In this document: one piece after another, positions 11,435-21,551 of the stretch
How the letters are laid out: each line of letters starts with the position of its first letter
How positions within the stretch are numbered: the stretch's first letter is position 1
Translations under genes and position numbers: made by a program
Assembly: GCA_964545795.1 (NCBI GenBank)
Contig: CAZJGC010000001.1
Span: 6,585 to 70,584, forward strand
Length of the DNA stretch: 64,000 nucleotides
Source of the DNA: an uncultured archaeon
GTDB taxonomy: Archaea > Aenigmatarchaeota > Aenigmatarchaeia > Aenigmatarchaeales > DAIDAN01
Direction: 5' to 3'
Notes under the pieces: model-generated
Told to the model about the DNA's origin: nothing
What the model saw: the letters and a program-made list of their open reading frames with translations, nothing else
Databases searched by the model: none

Positions 11435-11803
11435 CTATTTCAGTTTTTCATATAATTTGTCCACAGTTCTTTTGTCAATTCTTTTTCCAAAACATTTATG
11501 CGGCACAAGAGCCCCTGAGAAAGTTTTTGGTATATGCAAAAGTTCATGTATAAGGGTTTTGTCCTGCTGTTCTTTGTTAAATGAGTCAAATCTTTCTGAC
11601 AAAACTTCTATTATATAGTGGGGTTCTATGGAAAGGGCTTTCTGCCATATTTTTGGGAATGACCATATTCTTGCGTTTGCTTTGCTTTTTGAGTTGTAAG
11701 AACGAAAGCATATTATTTTGCCAGGGTCTATGTGTTTAAATTCAAGTTTTTGTATAATTTCTTCAATTCTTTTTTTAATATCTTCTGCCAACTCAAGTTT
11801 CAT
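11435..11803 (-). CDS. putative metal-dependent hydrolase (HEXXH; COG1451/SprT-like)
   Basis: The internal Met at 11803 avoids overlap with rpl15p. HELLH motif near the C-terminus. The longer 183-aa ORF overlaps the L15 start and is unlikely to be real. Confidence 0.5.
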   Translation of the reverse strand: MKLELAEDIKKRIEEIIQKLEFKHIDPGKIICFRSYNSKSKANARIWSFPKIWQKALSIEPHYIIEVLSERFDSFNKEQQDKTLIHELLHIPKTFSGALVPHKCFGKRIDKRTVDKLYEKLK

Positions 11804-11908
11804 GATATTAAATGGGTGTAAGAAAGATTTATAAACGTTGTTTCTAAATGATAGCAATAAAAGAATATAAATATAAAAATTCATTGAATCTAAAAACAGG
11901 TGAAAGAT

Positions 11909-12316
11909 ATGACGGCAAGATTCAGAAAGAAAACAAGCAGGCAGCGCGGCAGCAAAACTCATGGCTGGGGCGCTAAGAAAAAGCATCGCGGAGCAGGTTC
12001 CAGAGGAGGTCGCGGTCAGGCAGGGTTAATGAAGCATAAAAAATCATGGATGATTAAAAATGACCCAAATCATTTTGGAAGAATTGGATTCAAGAAACCT
12101 GAAAGGAAAAAACCTTGCAGCATAAATCTTATAGAACTTGACAGCATGGAAGGCAATGAATTTGATTTGAGAAAATTAGGTTATGACAAGCTTCTTTCAA
12201 GAGGCAATATAACGCGGCCAATTACAGTAACTGTAGAGAGCGCAACTCCCAAGGCAATAGAGAAAATAGAAAAGGCTGGAGGAAAGGTTGTAATTCTTGA
12301 CAGCGTTCAGGAATAA
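11909..12316 (+). CDS. rpl15: 50S ribosomal protein L15 (uL15)
   Basis: Basic Gly-rich N-terminus (GRGQAGLMKHKK). An AGGTGA RBS-like sequence lies upstream of the ATG at 11909. Followed by secY, the conserved spc-operon tail order. Confidence 0.85.
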   Translation: MTARFRKKTSRQRGSKTHGWGAKKKHRGAGSRGGRGQAGLMKHKKSWMIKNDPNHFGRIGFKKPERKKPCSINLIELDSMEGNEFDLRKLGYDKLLSRGNITRPITVTVESATPKAIEKIEKAGGKVVILDSVQE

Positions 12317-12326
12317 GGGATGATGT

Positions 12327-13835
12327 ATGTTTGATTTGACAAGTATTTCAGAAAAACTTCCGACAGTTGTAAAGCCTGTTTCTAAACTAACTTTTAGAGA
12401 CAAACTGAAATGGACATTTCTTATTCTTATATTTTATTTCATTCTTGGCTCAATTCTTGTTTATGGGGTAAATCCTGAAGCTGTGGCGCAGTTTGAGTTT
12501 ATGGAAATTGTGTTTGGTTCAAAATTCGGTTCGCTTCTGACTCTTGGTATTGGACCAATAGTTACTGCTTCCATTATTCTTCAGTTGCTTGTTGGAAGCA
12601 AAATAATTGATTGGGATATTCATGGAAAAGACAAAGCAAAGTTTGCAGGCACGCAGAAAATTCTTGCTGTCTTGTTTTGTTTTTTTGAGGCAATAGCATT
12701 TGTTGTTGCAGGCGCTGTTCCTCCATCAAGCCCTGCATTCGCGCTTCTTGTTATACTGCAACTTGCGGCAGGGGGAATAATAGTTATTTTCATGGATGAA
12801 GTCTGCAGCAAATGGGGGTTTGGTTCTGGAATATCTCTTTTTATAGCCGCAGGAGTTTCAAAGACAATATTCCTTAGGACATTTGCCATACCATTGGGCG
12901 CAGAAGGCAGCGGCGGTGTTATATCTACTTTCATATTGAATTTGGCAGGCGGGCAACCTTTGGCAGGTTTTGAAGCGCTTATGCCATTGATTGCAACAAT
13001 TTTTGTTTTTGTGATAGTTGTTTTCTCGCAGGCAATGAAGGTTGAAATACCAATGGCTTTTTCCGTGCCGTTTGGAAAGTTTGCATCAAGAAGGTGGCCT
13101 TTAAAATTCATATATGCAAGCAACATACCTGTAATACTTGTGGCTGCTGTTCTTGCCAATGTGCAAATTCTTGGAAGCGTTCTTGCGTCCCGCGGAATAA
13201 CGCTTCTTGGCGAGTTTGATGAAAACAAACATGCCATAAACGGCATTGCATATTTGTTAACTCCCCCGCATTCTCTTAGTTTGACAATTATGGTAATGTT
13301 TGCAGGCGTGTTTGCAGTTGCTTTTGTTTATATGGCTTCGCGGTTCTGGAGAAAATATGCATTGCGTTCTTCTGTTATTGGAGCAGCAATAGGAATAATG
13401 TTCGCATTGATTTTAATGAAAGCCGTAAACCTTCCTAATGTAACTCTGCCAACATCTTCTGACGGATTCAGGGCTTTGATCTATATGCTTGTTATGGTGT
13501 TTGGTTCAATTATATTTTCAATATTTTGGGTAAATACTGCAGGAATGGATGCGCACACAGTTGCGGAACAGTTTAAGTCTGCGAATCTAATGATACCGGG
13601 ATTCAGGCGCGACCCAAGAATAATAGAGTCTGTGCTTGGAAAATATATTCCGGCTTTGTCTGTATTGGGTGGCGCGTTTGTTGGTTTTCTGGCAGGTTTT
13701 GCGGATTTGACAGGCGCGTTGGGTTCAGGAACAGGTATATTGCTGGCTGTTATGATAATTTATCAGTTTTATGAAAATATTATGCGCGAGCATGGTCATG
13801 AAATGCCTGAATTCGTAAGAAGAATTGCCAAGTAA
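12327..13835 (+). CDS. secY: preprotein translocase subunit SecY
   Basis: 502 aa, 10-TM pattern, conserved SecY plug/TM2 region. Position between L15 and adk. Confidence 0.9.
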   Translation: MFDLTSISEKLPTVVKPVSKLTFRDKLKWTFLILIFYFILGSILVYGVNPEAVAQFEFMEIVFGSKFGSLLTLGIGPIVTASIILQLLVGSKIIDWDIHGKDKAKFAGTQKILAVLFCFFEAIAFVVAGAVPPSSPAFALLVILQLAAGGIIVIFMDEVCSKWGFGSGISLFIAAGVSKTIFLRTFAIPLGAEGSGGVISTFILNLAGGQPLAGFEALMPLIATIFVFVIVVFSQAMKVEIPMAFSVPFGKFASRRWPLKFIYASNIPVILVAAVLANVQILGSVLASRGITLLGEFDENKHAINGIAYLLTPPHSLSLTIMVMFAGVFAVAFVYMASRFWRKYALRSSVIGAAIGIMFALILMKAVNLPNVTLPTSSDGFRALIYMLVMVFGSIIFSIFWVNTAGMDAHTVAEQFKSANLMIPGFRRDPRIIESVLGKYIPALSVLGGAFVGFLAGFADLTGALGSGTGILLAVMIIYQFYENIMREHGHEMPEFVRRIAK

Positions 13836-13872
13836 AAGTAAACTTTATAAAAGTTGTAGTTAATTAATAATT

Positions 13873-14553
13873 ATGACAGTAAAAATAATATTTTTGGGTC
13901 CGCCCGGAGTTGGCAAAGGGACATGCGCTTCCAGAATATCCGAAAAATTAGGAATTCCGCATATTTCTGCAGGAGACATGCTCCGCGCAGAGGTTGCGGC
14001 TGAAACCGAAATTGGAAAAAAAGTAAAAGATATTTTAGACAAAGGAAACCTTGTTCCAGACGAACTTGTTTTGGATGTGGTAAAGAAAAGAATTTCAAAA
14101 CAGGATTGCGAAAATGGTTTTGTTTTGGATGGTTTTCCGCGCACAATAGGACAGGCAGAAGGTCTTGAAAAAATAACGAATATAGACATAGTAATAAATT
14201 TAACTCAGCCGGAAGATGTTCTTATTGAGCGCATACTTGCAAGAAGGACATGCAAAAACTGCGGAAACAGTTATAATATTGCCGATATACGAAGAGATGG
14301 CATTAACATGCCGCCTCTTTTGCCAAAGGTTGAAGGAATTTGCGATAAGTGCGGAGGCGAACTTGTCAAACGTTCTGACGAAACACCGGAAATCATTGCA
14401 AACAGGATGAAAGTTTATAGAGAGCAGACAGAACCTTTAATAGAGTTTTACAAGAATAAGAATATTCTGGTAGATGTGTTTGTTGATTCAGTTCCTTCAG
14501 AAATGGTTGAAAAGATATATAACATGTTAAAAGAGAAATCTCTTGTTGGTTGA
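13873..14553 (+). CDS. adk: adenylate kinase (zinc-lid type)
   Basis: P-loop GPPGVGKGT and the lid Zn motif CKNCGNSY...CDKCGG. Confidence 0.9.
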   Translation: MTVKIIFLGPPGVGKGTCASRISEKLGIPHISAGDMLRAEVAAETEIGKKVKDILDKGNLVPDELVLDVVKKRISKQDCENGFVLDGFPRTIGQAEGLEKITNIDIVINLTQPEDVLIERILARRTCKNCGNSYNIADIRRDGINMPPLLPKVEGICDKCGGELVKRSDETPEIIANRMKVYREQTEPLIEFYKNKNILVDVFVDSVPSEMVEKIYNMLKEKSLVG

Positions 14554-14558
14554 GTTGA

Positions 14559-15026
14559 ATGTTTGATTTTTATTTTGGTTTGCTCTCAACAGTGTTTGGT
14601 CCTTTAATATCTGTGCCTGCGGCAGGCATATTTGTATTGTCTGCATTGGTTTCTGTTGTTATAACGCTTTTTTACAGGTTTCTTGTAGACCAGAATTTGA
14701 TGAGGGAAATAAGGGAAGAGTTAAGACACATTCAGAAACAAATGAAAGAGGCGCAGAAAAATGATATAAATAAGGCAAATGAATTGTCAGGAAAAATGTT
14801 TAAATTAACAAATAAACAAATGATGTTGAATATGAAACCAATGATAGCGTCAATGATTTTGGTGTTTCCTTTATTGCCATGGATAGCCTCAGTGTTCACA
14901 GGTCCTGTTGTTTTGCTTCCTTTCAGACTTCCTTTCTTTGGCAATGATTTTGGCTGGCTAATGTGGTATATTGTTGCTTCAATGCCAATTACCATGTTTT
15001 CAAGAAAAGTTTTTGATATAGTATAA
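14559..15026 (+). CDS. DUF106-family membrane protein (archaeal YidC/Oxa1-like)
   Basis: 155 aa, 3 TM segments. Conserved position immediately downstream of adk in archaea. Confidence 0.6.
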   Translation: MFDFYFGLLSTVFGPLISVPAAGIFVLSALVSVVITLFYRFLVDQNLMREIREELRHIQKQMKEAQKNDINKANELSGKMFKLTNKQMMLNMKPMIASMILVFPLLPWIASVFTGPVVLLPFRLPFFGNDFGWLMWYIVASMPITMFSRKVFDIV

Positions 15027-15036
15027 TGCAAAATAG

Positions 15037-15243
15037 GTGTTGAATATGGACATCAGTAAATATAGTGAGAGAATTATTGAAAGAATACAAGATGAAATTA
15101 TAAAAATAAGCGATGCGAGGCATAATCCTGACGGGAGTTTAAAACCAGAATATGTAAGAGAATGCAGGGAGATGGAAAGAAAAATCGGTTATATAGACTG
15201 GCGCGAACTTATACATTCGGAATATAAAGGGAAATGTATATAA
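15037..15243 (+). CDS. hypothetical small protein (occupies the position where cmk usually sits)
   Basis: 68-aa ORF with no recognisable motif. Flanked by DUF106 and L34e. Confidence 0.3.
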   Translation: MLNMDISKYSERIIERIQDEIIKISDARHNPDGSLKPEYVRECREMERKIGYIDWRELIHSEYKGKCI

Positions 15244-15278
15244 ATGTTTGAAAACTATAAATTTGTTAGGGTGTTTTT

Positions 15279-15539
15279 GTGAGAAGGCAACTGCGTTCAA
15301 CAAGCATAAGTAAAATGAAGGTTAAAGTTCCTTCGGGAGTTGTGAAGATTCATTTTCGCAAAAGAAAACCTTCGTATAAGAAATGCGGCTCTTGCGGAGA
15401 TAAAATTGTAAGAAAACGGTTAAGACCTTCAGAAATTTCCAAACTGCCGAAAGTGCAGAGGAGACCTGAAAGACCGATGCCGCATTTATGTTCTAAGTGC
15501 ATGCGCGAGCAGATAAAGATGGAGATTAGAAATATGTAG
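15279..15539 (+). CDS. rpl34e: 50S ribosomal protein L34e
   Basis: 86 aa, basic, CxxC...CxxC zinc ribbon (CGSCGDK ... CSKCM). GTG start. Confidence 0.75.
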   Translation: MRRQLRSTSISKMKVKVPSGVVKIHFRKRKPSYKKCGSCGDKIVRKRLRPSEISKLPKVQRRPERPMPHLCSKCMREQIKMEIRNM

Positions 15540-15550
15540 CGTGGTTCTTT

Positions 15551-15796
15551 ATGTCAGAATCAATATTTATTCCGGGAAGGGTTTGCGTGAAAATTGCAGG
15601 TCGGGAGGCAGGCAGGCATTGCGCGGTTCTGGAAGTGGTAGATGATAATTTTGTTGTTGTTGAAGGACCAGAAGTGAGAAAAAGAAAGTGCAATGTGGCT
15701 CATCTTGAGCCCTTGAACGAGATTGTAGACAAGGAAAATGCTGTTAAGGAAATTTCAGAGAAATTTGGGATTGAAGTTCGCAAAAAAGAAAAATAA
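15551..15796 (+). CDS. rpl14e: 50S ribosomal protein L14e (KOW domain)
   Basis: 81 aa. KOW-like GRVCVKIAGREAG motif. Follows L34e as in archaea. Confidence 0.75.
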   Translation: MSESIFIPGRVCVKIAGREAGRHCAVLEVVDDNFVVVEGPEVRKRKCNVAHLEPLNEIVDKENAVKEISEKFGIEVRKKEK

Positions 15797-15991
15797 GAAA
15801 GATAAATAATTATTACCTATGCTGTTTGTTGAGCAAAATATTGTCATTTATCTCTTTTATGCTTTTAACTGTGAACAAGCATTATAATTTTGATGCATAA
15901 CAATGTTGCTAGAAATTTCTGTTTTATAAATATTTGTATCATAATAGTATGATACTCATATTGATATATGTTCTGTGCTAATTACTCACTT

Positions 15992-16996
15992 ATGAGAAGA
16001 AAAAACAGAGCTTTGGTTTATAGCATAATTGGTGTTGTGCTTTTGTCTGCAGTTGCAGGGTTAACAGGTTTTAACAAGTCTGTGCAACAGGACACGGCAA
16101 ATGTAAAGTTGATGATAGGTTTCCCACCATTGATTATATGGTCCCCTGTTTATACTGCAATTGAAAAAGGATACTATGCTGAAGAGGGCTTGGATATCAC
16201 TTTATCTTACAGTCAAGAAGGTTCAGTTGGTCCTATCAAGCAACTTGCAGCAGGCAAGGTTGATTTTGGATATGCCGGCGGAGACGCAGTAATCATGTCT
16301 GGTTCAAAAGCAAATGTTGTCATGGTTTATCAGATAGAACAGAGGCAACCTTTTGTTATTATGAGCAAAGATAAGGCAGGAATAAAAGAGCCTAAAGACC
16401 TATTAGGTAAAAAAGTTGCCACTCCAAGTTTTGGAAGTTCCGCATACCTGGTAGACAGGGTGATACTCAATAAAGCAGGCGTTGATTACAACAAAGTTGA
16501 ATTTGTAGCAACCGGCGCTTCAGGCAGGTTGCCAGCGTTTTTCAGCGGCAAAGTAGATGCGGCAGATGCGCATGTTATATTTTTGCCAATAGTCAAAAGC
16601 AAAAACATAAGCGCAAATGTCATATATGCAAGCGATTATACAGGACTTCCTGCCATAGGCATTGTTACAAGCAAGAGAATGATAAAAGAACATCCTGACA
16701 TAGTTAGAAAGTTTGTAAAAGCAACCAAAAAAGGTCTTGAATATGCTGTGGCGCATCCAGAGGAGGCAGCAGATATATTTGTCAAGTTCCAGCCAGAGGC
16801 TGCCAAAAGCAAGGGTTTGCAGATTGCAATGTGGAAGACCTATGCTAAGGAAATTTTATTAACAAAGGATGGAAAAATACCAAGCGGTAAGATGTCCTAT
16901 GAAGTCTGGAGCAAGGCTCAGGATGACTTATACAAGGCAGGAGTTGTAGACAAGAAGTTAGATGTAAGCAGATTTTACACCAATAAATTTATATAA
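15992..16996 (+). CDS. ABC transporter substrate-binding protein (NMT1/SsuA/TauA family)
   Basis: N-terminal signal anchor, then an NMT1-like periplasmic binding fold. Followed by a cognate permease and ATPase. Confidence 0.75.
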   Translation: MRRKNRALVYSIIGVVLLSAVAGLTGFNKSVQQDTANVKLMIGFPPLIIWSPVYTAIEKGYYAEEGLDITLSYSQEGSVGPIKQLAAGKVDFGYAGGDAVIMSGSKANVVMVYQIEQRQPFVIMSKDKAGIKEPKDLLGKKVATPSFGSSAYLVDRVILNKAGVDYNKVEFVATGASGRLPAFFSGKVDAADAHVIFLPIVKSKNISANVIYASDYTGLPAIGIVTSKRMIKEHPDIVRKFVKATKKGLEYAVAHPEEAADIFVKFQPEAAKSKGLQIAMWKTYAKEILLTKDGKIPSGKMSYEVWSKAQDDLYKAGVVDKKLDVSRFYTNKFI

Positions 16997-17016
16997 AAAT
17001 CTTTTTATTTTTTGTT

Positions 17017-17721
17017 ATGAAAATTTCATTTTCTGATATGGTTAATAGAAATAAGAAAATTATCTTCTATCAGATTTTTGTCTTTATTCTATTTATTCTT
17101 CTCTGGAAATTTGTGATTTTTATTTTTAATTTTTCTGATTTTATTCTTCCTCAGCCTGAAGTTGTTTTTATTAAGTGGTATGAACTGATTAAAGACGGTT
17201 TGCTTTTAAAACATACTTGGGTTACTCTATATGAAACCCTTGCAGGGTTCTTATTTGGAGTTTTGCTTGGGATAATACCTGCTTATTTCATTGCAAAGTC
17301 AAAGAAAATAGAGCAAACCATATCTCCTTACTTGATTGCGTTGCAGACAGCTCCAAAAATAGCGCTTGCTCCGTTAATAGTAATATGGTTTGGTTTTGGC
17401 GAGTTATCAAAAATTGTTATTGTTGCGTTAATTGTTTTCTTTCCAATTCTGGTAAATGCAATTGTTGGAATAAAAAGCGTTGACAAAAACTTGCTGGATT
17501 TAATGAAGATTTTAAAGGCAAGCAGATGGCAGGTTTTTTCAGAAGTGGAGTTGCCTTCTTCTCTGCCAGTGTTATTTGCATCCTTCAAAACAGGCATAAC
17601 TTTGGCGGTTATTGGAGCAGTAGTAGGAGAGTTTGTTGGTGCAAATTCCGGTTTGGGTTATTTAATAATTTATGCTGCTGGGTTGATGGACACTCCGCAG
17701 GTTTTTGTTGCAATCCTGTAA
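17017..17721 (+). CDS. ABC transporter permease (SsuC/TauC-like)
   Basis: 234 aa, 6 TM, EAA-like loop (ALQTAPKIALAPLIVIWFG). Confidence 0.75.
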   Translation: MKISFSDMVNRNKKIIFYQIFVFILFILLWKFVIFIFNFSDFILPQPEVVFIKWYELIKDGLLLKHTWVTLYETLAGFLFGVLLGIIPAYFIAKSKKIEQTISPYLIALQTAPKIALAPLIVIWFGFGELSKIVIVALIVFFPILVNAIVGIKSVDKNLLDLMKILKASRWQVFSEVELPSSLPVLFASFKTGITLAVIGAVVGEFVGANSGLGYLIIYAAGLMDTPQVFVAIL

Positions 17722-17809
17722 TTAACGCTTTTAGGAATTATTCTCTATCTAATTATTGATTTTTTGGAGAATTTAATAATTCCATGGCATAAGAAAAAAG
17801 GTGAAAAAG

Positions 17810-18541
17810 ATGTTATTAAAGCTTGAAGATATAGAAGTAGTTTATAAATCAAAAGAAAAGGAAGTGAAAGCCCTAAATAAAATTTCCTTTGAAGTTGAAA
17901 AGGGAGATTTCTTTTCGGTTGTCGGACCAAGCGGCTGCGGAAAAACAACAATACTGAAGGTTGTTTCAGGATTAATAGAGCCAACAAAAGGCAATATACT
18001 GAAGCCAGAAAATTTTGAAGTCGGATATGTTTTTCAGGACCCTACTTTACTGGAGTGGAGGAATGTTATTGATAATGTTGTTTTGCCTTTGGATGTCAAG
18101 GGAATTTCATGGGAGGAATCCTATGAAAAGGCAAAGAACCTTTTAAAATTACTTGAATTGGAAGAATTTGAAAATGTTTATCCTAAAGATTTAAGCGGTG
18201 GAATGAAGCAGAGGGTGGCTATTGCAAGAGCCCTGATTTACAAACCGAAAGTTTTGCTTATGGATGAACCTTTCGGCGCTCTTGATGAGCCGACAAGATT
18301 AAAACTTAATATGGAATTAAATAAAATATGGAGAGAGACAGGAAAAACAATAATTTTTGTCACGCATAATGTTCAGGAAGCTGTTTTTCTTTCCAACAAG
18401 GTTGCAGTATTGACAAAAAGACCAGGAAGTGTAAAGAAGATTGTGAATATTGATTTGCCTAAACAAAGGAATTTGAATCTTTTGGATTCTGAGAAGTTTA
18501 TAAAGTTGGTTGTGGAAATAAGGAAGATTCTGGATTCCTGA
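17810..18541 (+). CDS. ABC transporter ATP-binding protein
   Basis: Walker A GPSGCGKTT, signature LSGGMKQR, Walker B LLMDEPFGALD. GGTGA RBS lies upstream of the ATG at 17810. Confidence 0.85.
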   Translation: MLLKLEDIEVVYKSKEKEVKALNKISFEVEKGDFFSVVGPSGCGKTTILKVVSGLIEPTKGNILKPENFEVGYVFQDPTLLEWRNVIDNVVLPLDVKGISWEESYEKAKNLLKLLELEEFENVYPKDLSGGMKQRVAIARALIYKPKVLLMDEPFGALDEPTRLKLNMELNKIWRETGKTIIFVTHNVQEAVFLSNKVAVLTKRPGSVKKIVNIDLPKQRNLNLLDSEKFIKLVVEIRKILDS

Positions 18542-18546
18542 TTTTT

Positions 18547-18708
18547 TCTGATATATGTGGCAAGAAAGGGTATGTGAAAGAAGACATGAATCCTGACAAA
18601 TATTCTTTGGGTGAAATCAACGAGACTCAATGGAAAGAAACCATAGATACACTGTATGATATAGGAATGATACAGAAAAAAGTAGAAGTTAAAAATATTA
18701 TATACTAA
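18547..18708 (+). pseudogene. C-terminal remnant of a second NMT1-type substrate-binding protein
   Basis: The startless reading frame ...ETQWKETIDTLYDIGMIQKKVEVKNIIY* parallels the C-terminus of the 15992-16996 SBP (YEVWSKAQDDLYKAGVVDKKLDVSRFY). No upstream start. Confidence 0.4.
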
Positions 18709-18788
18709 CGGTTAAAATAAATATAATTTAATGTAAAAAATAAAAAAGTTTAGTGAAATCACTAAACTTTTAAAAAAATTGTTTTTAT

Positions 18789-19385
18789 TCAGTTTCTTAT
18801 ATACTTTCCTAGAATTGCTCCTGCGTTAGGGTTTATTTTCTTGTATGTTCCAAGCAATTCTAAGAAGTTTTCTTCTTTATTTGTCAATTGTTTATCTTCT
18901 TCTGAAATCCCCTGAGAGTCATAATAGTTTTTGTCGCGATTAAGCCAGTATTCATATGACTTTCTATATAGTCCTTCTGCAACATCTTGTATAATTTTTA
19001 ATATTTTTCCACCTTCTTCTGTCTCCGTGAGTTTGTCCATGGCTTCTTCTTCAAAATATACGCGGAAGCGATTGTCGCTGCGATTTATGCGTATTATTGC
19101 ATAATCTCTTGTGTCGGAAGGGAAAGATGCATAAAGATAGTCTTTACCTACTGTTATTCCTCCATTACCAATAGATTTTTCTAGGTCTCCGTCTCCTTTT
19201 AACTCTATCCCTTCTTCTTTTGCTTTTTGTCTTACTAATTCTTCAATAGTTTTTGTATATTTGCCCATGAAAGTGCCAGTTGCTATCCCCTTGTCATATC
19301 CCTCTCCAAGCAACTGATAGTCTTCTTCTGTTAAACCAAATTCCTCCTGTCCTTCAAAACCTTTTGGATAGGCAATTATACTCAT
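18789..19385 (-). CDS. hypothetical cytoplasmic protein
   Basis: 198-aa ORF of normal composition; no motif recognised. Confidence 0.45.
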   Translation of the reverse strand: MSIIAYPKGFEGQEEFGLTEEDYQLLGEGYDKGIATGTFMGKYTKTIEELVRQKAKEEGIELKGDGDLEKSIGNGGITVGKDYLYASFPSDTRDYAIIRINRSDNRFRVYFEEEAMDKLTETEEGGKILKIIQDVAEGLYRKSYEYWLNRDKNYYDSQGISEEDKQLTNKEENFLELLGTYKKINPNAGAILGKYIRN

Positions 19386-19517
19386 TTTTTATCACCTCGT
19401 ATTTTTTTGCATTTATTCTATTTACTATATAGTAGTTATTATGTATTAATATCTGTGTGGTTGCAAATAACACCATAAAAATAAAATAATTTAAATAAAG
19501 AAAAATAAGAAAAAAAT

Positions 19518-20258
19518 ATGAACATAGAAGCAATTCTTAAGAAGGTTGGGTTAACAGACAATGAAGTTAAGGTTTATAAACATCTTCTAATTCTGGGCGA
19601 AACTACTGCAAGCAAATTAGGAAAAGAGACAGGGATAGAAAGAAGAACAGTTTATGATATTGTTCAGAAACTGCTCAGAATGGGTTTGGTTTCTTTTATT
19701 GAAAAGGATAATAAAAAATATTATAAGCCAATAAATCCGTATAAGTTTGTTGATATTCTTGAAGAAAAAGAAGAACACTTAAGGAAAATTAGACATGAGT
19801 TTGAAAAAATGGTTCCGGAATTGGAAGAACTGATAAAATGAAATGATAGAAATGTTGATGCAAGAATTCTTTTTGGCAAGGAAGGAATAAAAACAATGTA
19901 TATGGATGAAATAAAGAAGGGCAAAGTGGTTTATGTAATCTGCACGGCAATTGATAAAACAGAAGAATTATTAAAGAACTTTCTTCCAATGTATACAAGA
20001 GAAAGAATTAAAAGAAAAGTAAAACTTAAGATTTTGTCTTCAAAAAAAGATATAGGACTTTTAAAACAGTACAAATTAGTTGAGATTCGCTCTTTGCCTG
20101 AAGAATATGTTTCTCCTGCAAGTTTGACAATTTACAGGGACAAATTAGGAATAACTTTATGGGCAGAAAATCCAATAACGGTTTTAATAAAAAATAAAGA
20201 AATAACAAGAAATTTTCTCAATTATTTTAAATTAATATGGAAGGCTGTTGGAAAATAA
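19518..20258 (+). pseudogene. TrmB-family transcriptional regulator interrupted by an in-frame TGA at 19839-19841
   Basis: N-terminal wHTH (ORF 19518-19841) and a C-terminal domain (ORF 19896-20258) share one frame. Read through, they give a ~246-aa TrmB-length protein. Confidence 0.5.
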
Positions 20259-20548
20259 AGCAGATATTAAATCTTTTTTATAGTAGCAACAGATAAATAT
20301 ATTGTATGAAGAGACGTTTTATTGTTTTTTCAGAAACGAAAAAAATGCACAGAAAAGCGATTATCTGAAAGTAGACGTACAGAACAAGAATAACAGATAT
20401 TATGATATGCTATTAGTTTATATAATCTGGATATCTTTTTGCACTTTTCTCATACTCTTCTATTGCTTTTTTATAATATAATTCCATCCTAACGCCCATT
20501 TTATTTTTTTAATTTTTTTCTGCAAGAATTTTTCAAATTTTTCACCTT

Positions 20549-20974
20549 TTATTTTTTCATAATATTTAAAAAATTTGGATTAGTGTGAGAAACAATATCT
20601 GCGAATTGAATAATACGAGCTTCAGGGCTCTTAGGAAATTCTAGCTTGTCATGCATTTCAATACAATAAAGGACTTTTTTAATTAATTTATCTTCAAAAC
20701 CATGCTTTTTCATTATTATTTTTGCTTCATTTAAACCACTGTTTACATGATTATTAGGATCAATAATATAACCAATATCATGAAGTATGGCAGATAAATG
20801 GACAACATCTCTATCAACATTTAAAATCTTAGCCAGCCTAAGTGCAAAATCTTTAACGATGCACAGATGATATTTGTAAAACCATTCAAACCCACAATAG
20901 TCCATATCAGCCTTATTGAATTTGTTTTCAACTTCTCTCTCAACACTTTTTATTTTTTCTATCACATATATCAA
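20549..20974 (-). CDS. HD-domain phosphohydrolase
   Basis: 141 aa with the H...HD...H...D pattern (LSAILHDIGY). Confidence 0.7.
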   Translation of the reverse strand: MIYVIEKIKSVEREVENKFNKADMDYCGFEWFYKYHLCIVKDFALRLAKILNVDRDVVHLSAILHDIGYIIDPNNHVNSGLNEAKIIMKKHGFEDKLIKKVLYCIEMHDKLEFPKSPEARIIQFADIVSHTNPNFLNIMKK

Positions 20975-21026
20975 CGCTTTGAATTTTTTTGAACATATTT
21001 TAATAATTTGTCATAATTTTCTAAAA

Positions 21027-21389
21027 ATGATTTTGATTCATTACTTATTAAATAAATTAAATTCTGATTTGATAAAAAATATCTATAGATTAAATAACGA
21101 ATTTGAGGACATGGATATCACACTATATGGTATTGACGTCATAAATACTGGAATTAAATCTAATTCTTTACTGGGTATTTTATTTCTAAATATTTTTGAA
21201 AATAGTAGGCTCCTTTATAAAACGAAAGATTTTAAATTATTTATACAGCAATTAAATGATATAGCTGAAAAGAATAGAGAATTTAATGAAAAATATAAAG
21301 AATTAGGAAGAAGCTATGCTATGATAAAAGATATTATGAATTTTATAAAGAAAAGTGTTTTATTAGAAAATTATAATATTGACGTATAA
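21027..21389 (+). CDS. hypothetical protein (low confidence; AT-rich ORF)
   Basis: Internal Met of the 20916-21389 ORF; the longer form overlaps the HD gene. No motifs. Confidence 0.2.
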   Translation: MILIHYLLNKLNSDLIKNIYRLNNEFEDMDITLYGIDVINTGIKSNSLLGILFLNIFENSRLLYKTKDFKLFIQQLNDIAEKNREFNEKYKELGRSYAMIKDIMNFIKKSVLLENYNIDV

Positions 21390-21551
21390 CTTTTATAATT
21401 AATAGAATGCTCAATGGCTTAAATTGTGGTTTTGTATGCGATAAAACAGAATTCCTATGTGTTAATGAGTTGATGCCCGTTTGAAATATGTATTAAAATA
21501 GAAAAATTAAATAATTAAATATATTTAACATATAACGGTTTTATGATATTT

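Noticed and set aside
19839-19841. Selenocysteine recoding of the in-frame TGA in TrmB
   Set aside because: No SECIS-like hairpin is visible downstream. TrmB proteins are not selenoproteins, and TGA terminates other genes here.
20916-21026. N-terminal part of the 157-aa ORF overlapping the HD-domain gene end
   Set aside because: The overlap with a convincing minus-strand CDS and extreme AT-richness make it unlikely to be real. Only the internal-Met version was kept, at low confidence.
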